A DNA stretch of 64,000 bases. Origin: Synechococcus sp. GTDB lineage: Bacteria; Cyanobacteriota; Cyanobacteriia; PCC-6307; Cyanobiaceae. The notes below the pieces were generated by a model. The model was not told the DNA's origin. It searched no databases and saw only the letters and a program-made list of their open reading frames with translations. Made by a program: the position numbers and the translations under genes. Location: NCBI GenBank assembly GCA_047285535.1, contig JBJBDC010000001.1, positions 1,312,136-1,376,135 on the forward strand. Direction: 5' to 3'. Shown one piece after another: positions 7,274-16,905 of the stretch. How positions within the stretch are numbered: position 1 is the first letter of the stretch; the number at the start of each line of letters is the position of its first letter.

Positions 7274-10200
7274 ATGGAGAAATTAAAATCTCATCAATTT
7301 CTCAGCAGATTCCAAAGACGTCAAGCAGATCAAGGATATAAGGAGTCTAAGTTTCTTCAATCGACATTTTTTTTCAGCCTGTTATTTCTGTTGGCATACA
7401 GTGCTGATGCGACTGCATTAAGCGCAAAAGCTGAAACCGAAGAGTCATCTCAATACACAATAAAAATCATCAATAATAGCGGCAAAACAATGTATATTCA
7501 AAGCAGGAGTCAAGATGGTTTTTATCTATTCCCAACACCTTTTACTGATCTGCCCATTTTAGAGCCTAATAGATTATCGTACCTTAAAGGGAAAAAGACT
7601 CAATGGCTTCCACTGGACAGCAAAACCCCATACTTCATAGATATAAAGGCTACTAATTCAACCACTGCTAAATATAATTCTGTAATAATAAATTTTGCTG
7701 CAACAACAGGAGGGGAGCCGAAAACGAATGAAACCTGGTCAGGTACGTCGGGATTATTCGATGGATATTATGCAAATGCAGAATTCACTGCCACGACAAG
7801 CAATCTAGATTTTGATACAACAAATGTTGACGCATTCAGTATCCCTTCCAGGTGGACCTGTAAAAAAGGAACGGAGACTTGCGACATACAAATTGGGGCA
7901 AAAACTCAGCCACAGAACCCCATGGGCAACCCTATTAAGAACCCTATTAAGATAGATAAGACTAGCAAAAGAAATAGCAATGGCGCTAAAGTTACTTACG
8001 AGTATACGAGAGATGGTATTTTTCGTGGATATCAGAATTACGTCAAAAAACACAGTATAAACAGTGTCAAAACATGGCAAAAAGCAATAATCAAGGATAA
8101 AACATTGAGTCAATACAAGGTCTTACTCAACCCAAACCATCTAACATCTAATAGCAGCTATAACCAATACAAAATCATAGGGATCCATCCTTTTGATACT
8201 GGATTAAAGCAAAACCTCAAGACGGCGATGACTAGTAAGTTTATTATCTCCGGTGCAGCAGGTGGTATCGAGAAAAAGATACCTTCCTATAATTACATAG
8301 CAAGTAAAACACCGTTGTCTCCTCAAGTATTAGGATTTTCTAGCATATCCAACATATCCAATAAAGGAAGTAAAGTAATTGATTTTGGTAATACTGTTGG
8401 GCTGGGGAGAATGTATGACAATGGTAGTGTTATGGGACTGAAATTCACTCAATGTACTGAAAAAGGTAGCAGTACAACAGGTTGCACACTACCTAAAGAT
8501 GTAGCGATGCCGACATCATATTTGGCGAATCCTTACACTCTTAACACAGTCATTACCGGCAACAGTGAAACGAAAGTAACGAAATCCAATCCGCCTACAG
8601 GGGCAGGATCAAATAAATGGCAAGGTTACAAGAGTGGAAAGATTATTCTCAAAAAACAAGACGCCAAAAATGTTAAACCAGGAATGTTTCTCGTATCTGC
8701 AGGTACAGCAGGTGGCTATGCAATTGATCCAAAAAAGAACCTGCCTTACAGCGCTATTTACGTTTCATCCAAAGAACCAACTAGCGGCTCAGAGACAACA
8801 ACAACAGTAAATCTGAAATCTGAGAAATGGACCAAAAATAATATTTGTCCTTCAGGACAGAAATGCAGTGATTGGGGGTACATTCAGCAAGGGCCTGCAC
8901 TGCTGAACCAACCTATCGTATTTTCATGGGCAAATGATGTTAATTACAACACAAGTCCTGCCAACCAAATCTTTGGCAACTCTGGAGTATTTGCAATAAA
9001 TAGAAATGATAAGAAAAAGTACTGTGGCGACAAAGGAATGGACGATTGTGATCAATCCACCATCATTGGCAACTTAAGGAATCAAGTGGTTACGGCACTA
9101 AACAGAGGGTCAGTTACACAAGGATTGATTCCTTCTGGTAAACCTGTTAATTCTGTTAAACCTGTTAATGAAGAATGGGGGAACGTAGCTAACTGGTATA
9201 AAGATAACCACAAAAATCCAAATAATTATAATCTTTATGCTGGGTATTTGCATACAAGCGGTGCAACACTTGAAGCCAACACAGATTCAAACGTTACTAC
9301 TTTCACGGGTGCTGCTTATGCCTTTGGCTTTGATGAAAACGCAAATCTTGTACCGAATAAATTTCAGGCCCAAGTACCCGCTGAAAATGGAAATATTGAG
9401 CCAGGATCGGTAATTACTCTTACATTAAATCCTTGGGGAGATTCTTCTGAAAATGCTCTTTCGAACTGTTCTTCTGCGTGTTGGAGAGGAGGGAGTGGTC
9501 AATGGAGTTCACCGAAATCTTGGAGTGATCAGCAACTGCCAAATTCATCATCAATCGTAGAATTTAATTCCGCGTATGCATCAGATAAAGGTGGCGTTGT
9601 GAATATAGATACAAAACTAGTTTCCGTCGAGGCTCTTGACCTCAGTGATGGGCCAGGAGCATTTCTTTTTGATGGCAATGCAATAACTTTATCGGGTACT
9701 TCCGGAATATACCCCTATGCGATTAGTAATAGTAGTGGCAACAAATTAGCTTTCAATAATGCTATTCAACTTAAATCCACTCAACCTCTGGATATTAATA
9801 CATTTTCAGGTGATATTATTATCAATAAAGACTTGGGTGGAGATTCTGGATGGATCAAAACGGGTGCAGATAAAATTCGCTTCAATCAAGTCAACGCATC
9901 TGGAAAAGGTCCCATACACATTTGGGATGGCACATTAGTTTTAGATCAATCTGATCTGACAAAAGCGCAATCAATTTCATCTAAAGAAGCTGGAAGCATC
10001 ATTGGCTCTGGTTCATTACCAGGTACCGCGGAAACTGGATCTATTCAAGGAATGATAAGCCCTGGTGGTCATGGAGTTGATTATGGGCAAATTGATTTCA
10101 AGGGGAATCTTAGCCTTGGTGATGGTGCTTATGTTTCTATGCGTACATTAAATGAAGACTTGTCTTTTTCTGATTTAATTCGAGTTGGTGGTGATCTATC

Positions 10201-12457
10201 AATTTCAACTATAAATACTGAGATTGATGCAGTTGCACCCGATAATTTCCAGGTTGGCGATGCCTATGAACTAATAAAATATGAAGGCAACCTGTCTGGG
10301 CAATTTGCCGATGAATTGCTTTCTGAAGATGCAAAGATTATATATGACTTAAGCGCAAAGTCGATTAAAATTGTCCATGCTGACGATCCCAATCCAACTG
10401 GATGTTTAAAATATGGCATCATAGAAAACCTAAATAATAGTACAAGTAGTACCTTGTGTGGAGGAGAGTTTCTAACTTTGCAATCTGGGAATTACGAGCA
10501 AGACTTAAAACTTGACATCACACCAAGTAATCGAGAAAATCGAATCAATAATTTGGGAAATTATGTAAAGCTTGATGGGATCATTAGTGGTGAAGGAAAT
10601 GTTGTTTTTGAAAATACCAGTCAATTGCCCGGTATTGTAGAACTGGCGAATAACAACACTTACACAGGATCTACAACAGTTAGAGGAAATACCGGCTTAA
10701 TCGTGAACGGTGACATCTCTAGTTCATCTCAGCTCACTGCTACAACTGGCAGCACTATCTCTGGAATTGGCTACCTGCCTAAAACAATATTAAATGAAGA
10801 TTCAACAATTTCTCCTGGAAATTCAATTGGTACGTTGACGGCAGAAGGATTAGATTTAGATAACGCCACGATTCAAGCAGAAATCCAAGGGCCTCAAAAT
10901 GATCGGATAGAAGTTACTGGAAACGTATCTAGATTTAAGGGTAATGCGAACTTGATTGCTTTTGGTGGTGGTCAACCTTGGCCGAATTTCAATTACACAA
11001 TTATCAATGCGCCCAACAGCACAAATTTTGCGGATTCAAATAGTCTCAAACTTGAACCGATAGGAGTTCAAAGCGCTCTATTGCAAGCTGGCGCCAATTT
11101 AACCCAGAATGCTGATGGAAATCCTAAAACATTTGATGTGCAGTGGAAGGCAAAGGATGATGTTGGAGTTACTACAGCAGCCATGAAATATTTGAACAAC
11201 GATGGGGCTAATCAGCTTGCAACTGCAGGAGTGTTTGACCGCGTTTTCGATTCTATCTCTAGAGCTTCGAATAACAATATGAATGATTATGGAGAACTGA
11301 TCGAGGACACTGGATTTACTACTGGTCAAGCCATAAAGGCTGGTATTACACCAAATTTTCTAAAGGCTACATCGAAATTACTAGGACTTAATTCAACAAC
11401 TCAGCTTTCAGCCGCAGTGAATTCATTATCTGCTCAGACCTATGCCTCATTCCAAAACGTTGCTTTGCAAACGATGAAGCGTCAACGTGAGATTTTGATG
11501 GCGCAATCGGGTAACTGCCTAAATGTTGGATGGGTAGTTAATGCTCCCTCTGACAAAAAGGAAATCCAAACGAACTCTCCGTTATGTGTTTTTGGTGATG
11601 TTGCCAATACTACCAGTACCGTTAACAATTCAAATGGATTGTCTGGCTATGATTTCGGTATTTTTAGTAGTTATTATGGTTTGGAATATTTCCCATCTGA
11701 AAACTGGGTGATTGGTGCTTCCTACGGATATGGAAATTCATATTTGAACAATATGTCTAATGTTTCAGGTTCCATTACTGCAGATGTCAAGAGTGGATCA
11801 ATATACGCTATGTATCAACCTTCAGATAGGTTGAAGATACGTGGTTTTGCTGGGTATGGAAATTTCCAGTCTTCAGCCAAGAGAAGTATTCCTTTTCTTG
11901 CCGATGATTCATCCATCGATAGTTCGCCTGAAGGAAACGGATATACCTTTGCCATTAATGCAGATTATATTTTCAAGCTCAATAAGTTATCAAAAAGCCC
12001 TCAAATCTATTTGAAACCAATGGCTGGCTTTGCGTGGACAGGTTATCAGCAAAATTCTTTTAGTGAATCTTCTACCGGGGCACTGGCGCTTAATGTGCAA
12101 TCAAATACTTCGAACAGTCTTCTTGGCACTCTTGGAGCTGAGGTCTTTTCTGACCCAATCCCGCTTAATAGTAAACAAACTGCATTCATTATTCCTCGGT
12201 TAGCTGTTGCTTATCAAGTTGACGCACTTGCAAACTCATCAGAACAAAAATCACTGCAATCTTCCTTCCAGTCAGCTCCTGTAGCTGGCACATTTACTAG
12301 CGAAGGTCAGAATTTAGGTGTTAATTCAGTCCTTGTTGATGCTGGCGTCGACCTAATAATTTCAAAAAACATATCTTTATACGCAAACTTGAGCTACGAA
12401 GCCTTTTCAAATGGTTCTCAAATTGGCTATGGAGGTGGCATGAGATATACTTTTTAA
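7274..12457 (+). CDS. Autotransporter (type Va) with a GH64-like beta-1,3-glucanase passenger
   Basis: Extended signal region; AEFT..D.TNVDAFSIP, ALNRG, N.YAGYLH and AYAFGFDE motifs; autotransporter beta-strand repeats (NTYTGSTTV); C-terminal barrel ending YTF. Confidence 0.85.
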   Translation: MEKLKSHQFLSRFQRRQADQGYKESKFLQSTFFFSLLFLLAYSADATALSAKAETEESSQYTIKIINNSGKTMYIQSRSQDGFYLFPTPFTDLPILEPNRLSYLKGKKTQWLPLDSKTPYFIDIKATNSTTAKYNSVIINFAATTGGEPKTNETWSGTSGLFDGYYANAEFTATTSNLDFDTTNVDAFSIPSRWTCKKGTETCDIQIGAKTQPQNPMGNPIKNPIKIDKTSKRNSNGAKVTYEYTRDGIFRGYQNYVKKHSINSVKTWQKAIIKDKTLSQYKVLLNPNHLTSNSSYNQYKIIGIHPFDTGLKQNLKTAMTSKFIISGAAGGIEKKIPSYNYIASKTPLSPQVLGFSSISNISNKGSKVIDFGNTVGLGRMYDNGSVMGLKFTQCTEKGSSTTGCTLPKDVAMPTSYLANPYTLNTVITGNSETKVTKSNPPTGAGSNKWQGYKSGKIILKKQDAKNVKPGMFLVSAGTAGGYAIDPKKNLPYSAIYVSSKEPTSGSETTTTVNLKSEKWTKNNICPSGQKCSDWGYIQQGPALLNQPIVFSWANDVNYNTSPANQIFGNSGVFAINRNDKKKYCGDKGMDDCDQSTIIGNLRNQVVTALNRGSVTQGLIPSGKPVNSVKPVNEEWGNVANWYKDNHKNPNNYNLYAGYLHTSGATLEANTDSNVTTFTGAAYAFGFDENANLVPNKFQAQVPAENGNIEPGSVITLTLNPWGDSSENALSNCSSACWRGGSGQWSSPKSWSDQQLPNSSSIVEFNSAYASDKGGVVNIDTKLVSVEALDLSDGPGAFLFDGNAITLSGTSGIYPYAISNSSGNKLAFNNAIQLKSTQPLDINTFSGDIIINKDLGGDSGWIKTGADKIRFNQVNASGKGPIHIWDGTLVLDQSDLTKAQSISSKEAGSIIGSGSLPGTAETGSIQGMISPGGHGVDYGQIDFKGNLSLGDGAYVSMRTLNEDLSFSDLIRVGGDLSISTINTEIDAVAPDNFQVGDAYELIKYEGNLSGQFADELLSEDAKIIYDLSAKSIKIVHADDPNPTGCLKYGIIENLNNSTSSTLCGGEFLTLQSGNYEQDLKLDITPSNRENRINNLGNYVKLDGIISGEGNVVFENTSQLPGIVELANNNTYTGSTTVRGNTGLIVNGDISSSSQLTATTGSTISGIGYLPKTILNEDSTISPGNSIGTLTAEGLDLDNATIQAEIQGPQNDRIEVTGNVSRFKGNANLIAFGGGQPWPNFNYTIINAPNSTNFADSNSLKLEPIGVQSALLQAGANLTQNADGNPKTFDVQWKAKDDVGVTTAAMKYLNNDGANQLATAGVFDRVFDSISRASNNNMNDYGELIEDTGFTTGQAIKAGITPNFLKATSKLLGLNSTTQLSAAVNSLSAQTYASFQNVALQTMKRQREILMAQSGNCLNVGWVVNAPSDKKEIQTNSPLCVFGDVANTTSTVNNSNGLSGYDFGIFSSYYGLEYFPSENWVIGASYGYGNSYLNNMSNVSGSITADVKSGSIYAMYQPSDRLKIRGFAGYGNFQSSAKRSIPFLADDSSIDSSPEGNGYTFAINADYIFKLNKLSKSPQIYLKPMAGFAWTGYQQNSFSESSTGALALNVQSNTSNSLLGTLGAEVFSDPIPLNSKQTAFIIPRLAVAYQVDALANSSEQKSLQSSFQSAPVAGTFTSEGQNLGVNSVLVDAGVDLIISKNISLYANLSYEAFSNGSQIGYGGGMRYTF

Positions 12458-12924
12458 TTGCAGCTATTACTACTTTATTGATATAGAAAGCAATCTTGGC
12501 TAATCAAATTTGATAAATAGATTTTGTCTATCTTTTTAAAATATTGGATTGTTGTTCCAAGGCTTTACCTCGATGGTGCTTTAAGGTCATTCGCATACAA
12601 CCGAAGGTCTAGTGATACAGGCAAAGAAGTAAGTGTTCAGCAGTGGGGAGAGTGGGGCAAATACTAAATACTGATGCAATATCTATACACCAAACCCACC
12701 GAAAGAAACCAAAAAATGCCAAAGACTAACGGTGCAATTAGGATTTATTTTGACGAATTAGGTGACTCACTAAATATCCCAATCACAATAAAAAGGATGT
12801 TGAGTATTCCTATCAAACCGTACTACTCACCACCTGGGCAGACACTAAAAAATGACTTTGGCACGTTTTGGGGTTGCGCCTTCACCACTTTTTCAGCGAT
12901 GGTGCCAACTGGAGCAATCAATCA

Positions 12925-13373
12925 ATGAAAAGTCTCGGGCGTGTTGTTATTGGTACTGCTGTTGGCGGTCTTCTGGCTGCGGCGGCGTTCTTTGCAGTTG
13001 ATGGGCTGATTCCATAATCGTCTGAAGCTCAAATGGATAAGCAGTGGTGGCAACAAGAGATAGGAGAAACAGAGTGCAATCAGCGATGGAAAATGCTCAA
13101 TATATAGACAAAGAATATCTCAATGAAGCGAGATATTTTGTCAGCAACTTAAACACAGTATGGGAGATGACAAAGGACATAAACGACCTCTGCAGTCAAA
13201 CAGCTAAAGGCAGTATCAATCGTGAGCGAAAAATGATTTACCCAGGGTCCTTTGATTCAGCCGAAGTTCTCATTAAGACTAAAGGCAAGAAGTTGATTAT
13301 GTATAGCAAAGATAATTGCTTTGGAGATAACACAAGAAGAAGACGACTAGTTCTGGGTTTATCACGAAAATGA
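12925..13373 (+). pseudogene. Degraded hypothetical exported protein
   Basis: Signal-like MKSLGRVVIGTAVGGLLAAAAFF.. is stopped by TAA, and ORF 13044..13373 follows in another frame. Confidence 0.3.
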
Positions 13374-13438
13374 GCTGTCGCCATCACCACTGAGGCGTGC
13401 AACGCTTCCACCCGCCAATGCCAAGCTAAAGCCAAGTC

Positions 13439-13912
13439 ATGACCTATTCAATGAAACTGTTCACAGCACTTGCTACAGGTTCAATCTTTATTGCTGCTCT
13501 GCCCGCTTTTGCGGATGATAATTATGGCGGGTTCACTACGCCCTCTAAGAATATTTGGTGTGCTAAAAGGGTTGATCTTCAACCAAGTATTCCCATATCC
13601 GTCGAATGCGATGTTGCCAATCATGCTTGGAAAGAGTGGATTCAAGATGGTGACCTGAATGGTTATCATGGGAATAGATTTATGATCCCAGGCACTGGCC
13701 CTGCAGAAGCAATAGAGAGTTCAGATACAATGGTTGGTAGTGCAGCTCCTGTTTTGCAATATGGACAGAAGGTTACCTTTGGACATCGTCCTGAAGACGG
13801 AACTATTACCTGCATCTCCGAAAAGATCGGGCTTACATGCACTAATAAAAGTGGTGGTTTGATGCATTTAAATCGTGAGTTCTATGTTCTTAACAAGCCA
13901 GTACCTAGGTAA
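13439..13912 (+). CDS. Secreted Cys-containing protein (DUF6636-like)
   Basis: Signal peptide (AFA-D) and motifs FTTPSKNIWC, LQYG and ITCISEKIGLTCTN. Confidence 0.7.
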   Translation: MTYSMKLFTALATGSIFIAALPAFADDNYGGFTTPSKNIWCAKRVDLQPSIPISVECDVANHAWKEWIQDGDLNGYHGNRFMIPGTGPAEAIESSDTMVGSAAPVLQYGQKVTFGHRPEDGTITCISEKIGLTCTNKSGGLMHLNREFYVLNKPVPR

Positions 13913-14171
13913 GTATCTGGGCTTTTAAGATTTAATCAGACACCTTAGGCAAGTCTTCTGCGACTAACCGAATTCGGTTAGTTTGACTCTTTTCTATCTG
14001 CACTTAGAGATGTTCACGTCAATCTGAAATCAGAATAGCGCAGTCTGTACTTATTAGGCAGTAGCGTTTTCATTGCTCTTAGCGCGCAATTAGCCAAACG
14101 ATTGCTCACAACATGGGCATCATCCGACCATTGTTTGTAGGAGGCTTGCCTGCTGTTGGTTGCATCACAAA

Positions 14172-14210
14172 GGGGAATGCTTTAAGCAGTTACCTCTGAT
14201 CAATGACCCT
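14172..14210 (+). repeat. 39-bp direct repeat, copy 2
   Basis: Identical to 5842-5880. Confidence 0.95.
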
Positions 14211-14305
14211 TGATATCCAGATGAGGTTCTGCAGTTTCCTCAAAAAGTGGAATCCGCCTCCATACAGAAAGTACGTAAGGGAGAAGGAGTTGGCAAAGAA
14301 GCACT

Positions 14306-14620
14306 TTATTCCGCTAGACCCTTGAACTCTTCCAAGAGAACTCTGTTGAGTCGGTCATCACATCCAACAACCAGTTGCGGGTAAATCGTTCCTTGCAAAT
14401 AAGGTCGATACGCAGCAGAGCACACCACCATGGTTGCCTCTCTCCATTGCTTCAGGGCCTCTGGTGAGAGTTTCTTTTCAAGTGCTGCTTTGGACTCATC
14501 CAAACTTTTGGAGGCGCACCACCTCATCTCAACGGTGTTGTTCCCCGGGCACTTGACGTCTGGTTGCTCTGCCTTCGCTGGCATCAGCGGCAGCAATATC
14601 AGCAGCAGAAGTGCTCTCAT
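14306..14620 (-). CDS. Secreted LprI/DUF1311-like protein
   Basis: MRALLLLILLPLMPAKA signal peptide and C..NTVEMRWCA, QW......C, C...L pattern. It is in frame with an upstream 59-codon segment (to 14797). Confidence 0.6.
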   Translation of the reverse strand: MRALLLLILLPLMPAKAEQPDVKCPGNNTVEMRWCASKSLDESKAALEKKLSPEALKQWREATMVVCSAAYRPYLQGTIYPQLVVGCDDRLNRVLLEEFKGLAE

Positions 14621-14790
14621 TTTTTCTAGGACTTGCTCAAGCACAGCATCCTGCACTCGGTCTTGGAATGCTTTGGCTTCTTGCTCTGGCGCAAGCGCAT
14701 CAGCAGCGGCACGCAGTGCATCAGCAGTTATCTGACGGGCACCTGGACTGGTGAAGAGCAAATCCCCCAGACCAACGCCAACTAGAACTT

Positions 14791-14968
14791 TCAGCACCGT
14801 GCTGCCTCCTGTTCAGCAATGATTCGTCGAATCGTTGAGAGCGCGAGTCCCGTCTGCTCACGAATGGAGCGATAGGAGCATCCTTCATCCCTAAGGCGAA
14901 GCCCCAAGCGTTCCTTGGCTTCGTTGGTTTTCGGGCGACCGCCCAAGTTCCCGCCTGCTGACCTTCGT
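14791..14968 (-). pseudogene. C-terminal remnant of a small serine recombinase (resolvase HTH)
   Basis: GGNLGGRPK...LRDEGCSYRSIREQTGLALSTIRRII matches the GGRP linker plus HTH of resolvases; the catalytic N-terminal domain is absent. Confidence 0.8.
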
Positions 14969-14972
14969 CCGT

Positions 14973-15013
14973 ATAACCCGAAGGTCGGAAGTTTCAATCT
15001 CCCCCCCCCACCA
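14973..15013 (+). other. Degenerate tRNA-Met-like 3' fragment (probable att relic)
   Basis: ATAACCCGAAGGTCGGAAGTTTCAATCTCCCCCCCCCACCA resembles the anticodon-to-CCA half of an initiator tRNA-Met. Confidence 0.65.
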
Positions 15014-15020
15014 CCAATTG

Positions 15021-15046
15021 CCCCCCCGCCACGGAGGGGGTTTTTT
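15021..15046 (+). terminator. Rho-independent terminator
   Basis: CCCCCCCG-CCA-CGGAGGGGG-TTTTTT. Confidence 0.65.
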
Positions 15047-15079
15047 AATGCCTTACAGGGTTGGTTGGAACCAACGCCC

Positions 15080-15946
15080 CTATATGGCATCAGCCTCAGC
15101 GAGGAAACCATTCACCGCATCGAGATAGGCCTGATGGGCGTCGATGTAGGTCTTGTGGCCAGCATTGGCCAGCACCACCAGAGCAGCATGGGCACCAATG
15201 CATTGCCTGGCCTGATCCAGGGTGTGCGGTGTTGCTGTGTCGTGCTCACCGCAGAGCAGCAGGGTGGAGACCTGGAGCGAAGCGAGCTGGGGGAACAGAT
15301 CCACATCGGCCAACAAACCACTGGCCCTGAATTCAGTCTCCCCCCACATCGTGCGGTAGAGATGGCCATTGCTGCGCTGTCGCTCGCGACGTAACAGCTC
15401 AGGGGGAGTGGGCAGTCGACAGAAATGGTGGCGATCAAACACCGCTTCCACCTCAGCCGGGGGCTGGCCTTCCGTCTTCAGGGCAGCCAGCAGCAGCGTG
15501 GAGTCAGCGAGCCACCGCACTGTGGAGAGCAGTGGCGATGACAACACCAAGCGTGAAACCCGATGGGGATGCTGCAAGGCGAACTGCGCCATCACTGTTC
15601 CGCCCCAGGAATGGCCCAACAGGTGAACCGTGCCCAGCTCCAGCGCATCAAGCAGCCTGAGGGGTTCAACAGCAAAGCGACTGAGCGTCATCTGATCAGC
15701 CGATAGGTCTGCTGGTGAACAACAGGAACCGAGTTGGTCGTAACAAATCAGGGGGCGCTGATCTGCAATGGAATGCAGTGCGTCATAGAGGCCGATGCTG
15801 CTGCCCCCGGGGCCGCCATGGGTGATTAGTAAGGGCGTGCGTGCAGCGGCTTCATCGTTGTGGGGCCGGTAGGAGCGGTACTGGATGTCTCCACCTGGCA
15901 CAGCCACCATCGCGACCGTTTCAAGCGAGTGTTGATGCCATGCCAT
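15080..15946 (-). CDS. Alpha/beta hydrolase, proline iminopeptidase-like
   Basis: Motifs HGGPG, YDQLG, GHSWGG (nucleophile), GEHD and AGH. Confidence 0.88.
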   Translation of the reverse strand: MAWHQHSLETVAMVAVPGGDIQYRSYRPHNDEAAARTPLLITHGGPGGSSIGLYDALHSIADQRPLICYDQLGSCCSPADLSADQMTLSRFAVEPLRLLDALELGTVHLLGHSWGGTVMAQFALQHPHRVSRLVLSSPLLSTVRWLADSTLLLAALKTEGQPPAEVEAVFDRHHFCRLPTPPELLRRERQRSNGHLYRTMWGETEFRASGLLADVDLFPQLASLQVSTLLLCGEHDTATPHTLDQARQCIGAHAALVVLANAGHKTYIDAHQAYLDAVNGFLAEADAI

Positions 15947-16046
15947 GCGGAACGCATCCCGCCACTGGATTCAGCATGGATGATGGCGTGGCCCCCTTGC
16001 GCAGCAGGACGGCTGAACTGCACTCGCGAATCCCGGCATCTGTGCC

Positions 16047-16241
16047 ATGCGGCCGGATTTCTTGGACGTGGTGGCGGTCAAGCCGCCCAGTGAGAAGGCC
16101 TACCTGGCGCAAGTTCTCTTTGTGGAAAGCGGAGCCAGAACCGCTGAACCCAACTTCCTGCAGGTCTGCCGCGAGCCCGACTGCGCGGTGATGAGCATTT
16201 GCCCGAGCCAGATCACCCAACCACTAACGCGCGGTCCCTAG
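16047..16241 (+). CDS. Small DUF3104-like protein
   Basis: AQVLFVESGAR...FLQV resembles the cyanobacterial DUF3104 pattern. Confidence 0.45.
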   Translation: MRPDFLDVVAVKPPSEKAYLAQVLFVESGARTAEPNFLQVCREPDCAVMSICPSQITQPLTRGP

Positions 16242-16299
16242 CCAGAACAGCAAGACCTCAGAAGACATCGCTGGTGACAGCACTAAATATGGTCCACAA

Positions 16300-16740
16300 T
16301 GGCTGCTCCTGGGCCATGGTCTTGCTGCCGATTTCGGTGCCATTGGCCTCGCGGTCCCTGTAGTGGGCCTCGGAAATCGCTTTCCAGTTGATGCCACCGG
16401 TAAGGGTTGGCACGCCTGGGGCTTGTTCGTCTTCGGCTTCCTCGGGGTGAAGCTCGCGCTACGCTTCGCTCGATAATTTGGGCTTATCGCCGCTGGTGGC
16501 CGCGACCAACGCCTTCAGCGTTTTGATCAGTTCACCAATGCAGCCGACCTCCCACTGAATGGGCAGCGTTTTGGTCCATTGGGCCTTTTGGCCATCGGTG
16601 CCAAAGCGAACCCGCAGCTTGACCTTCCCTGTTTGCTCCATCACCGACCACCCGCGTGGGATGCCGGCCTTCTTCATGTCTTCTTTGAGGTGAGGGCGGC
16701 AATCGAGGGCCACCGATGGTTGCTTGCTTTGACCATGCAC
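16300..16740 (-). pseudogene. Truncated tyrosine integrase, paralog of 26742..28007
   Basis: AGIPRGWSV..GKVKLRVR..WTKTLP..WEVGCIG, then TAG where the intact gene has Trp, then GVPTLTGGINWKAI..YRDR..NG..KTMA; the catalytic domain is missing. Confidence 0.92.
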
Positions 16741-16779
16741 CCTTCTGAGCAGGCCTTGATGCCGCGATTCTGCCCGGAA

Positions 16780-16801
16780 AATGGTCTAGCAATGGTCTAA
16801 G
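16780..16801 (+). repeat. Putative arm-type binding sites of the older integrase
   Basis: AATGGTCTAGC AATGGTCTAAG tandem between the int pseudogene and the att core, mirroring 28051-28072. Confidence 0.6.
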
Positions 16802-16860
16802 TGACCAAAACCAGGCTTTGCAGGCTTCCACGGAAACCCCAAAACCCTTCATATAACTAA

Positions 16861-16905
16861 CGCCCCCTGTTGGATTCGAACCAACGACCGGCTGCTTAGA
16901 AGGCA
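16861..16905 (-). repeat. att core: 45-bp duplication of the tRNA-Arg 3' part
   Basis: CGCCCCCTGTTGGATTCGAACCAACGACCGGCTGCTTAGAAGGCA, identical to 28155-28199. Confidence 0.97.

Noticed and set aside
9139..9169. Short repeat AAACCTGTTAA twice in the autotransporter
   Set aside because: It is a single in-frame duplication (KPVNSVKPVN), not an array or a DGR variable region.
12642..12657. AGTGGGG twice as possible arm sites
   Set aside because: Short, 9-bp period, lacks the TGGTC core and has no att site nearby.
14969..15111. N-terminal part of ORF 14791..15111 (Gly-rich)
   Set aside because: It is a translation of the antisense tRNA fragment and terminator; only the C-terminal resolvase part is meaningful.
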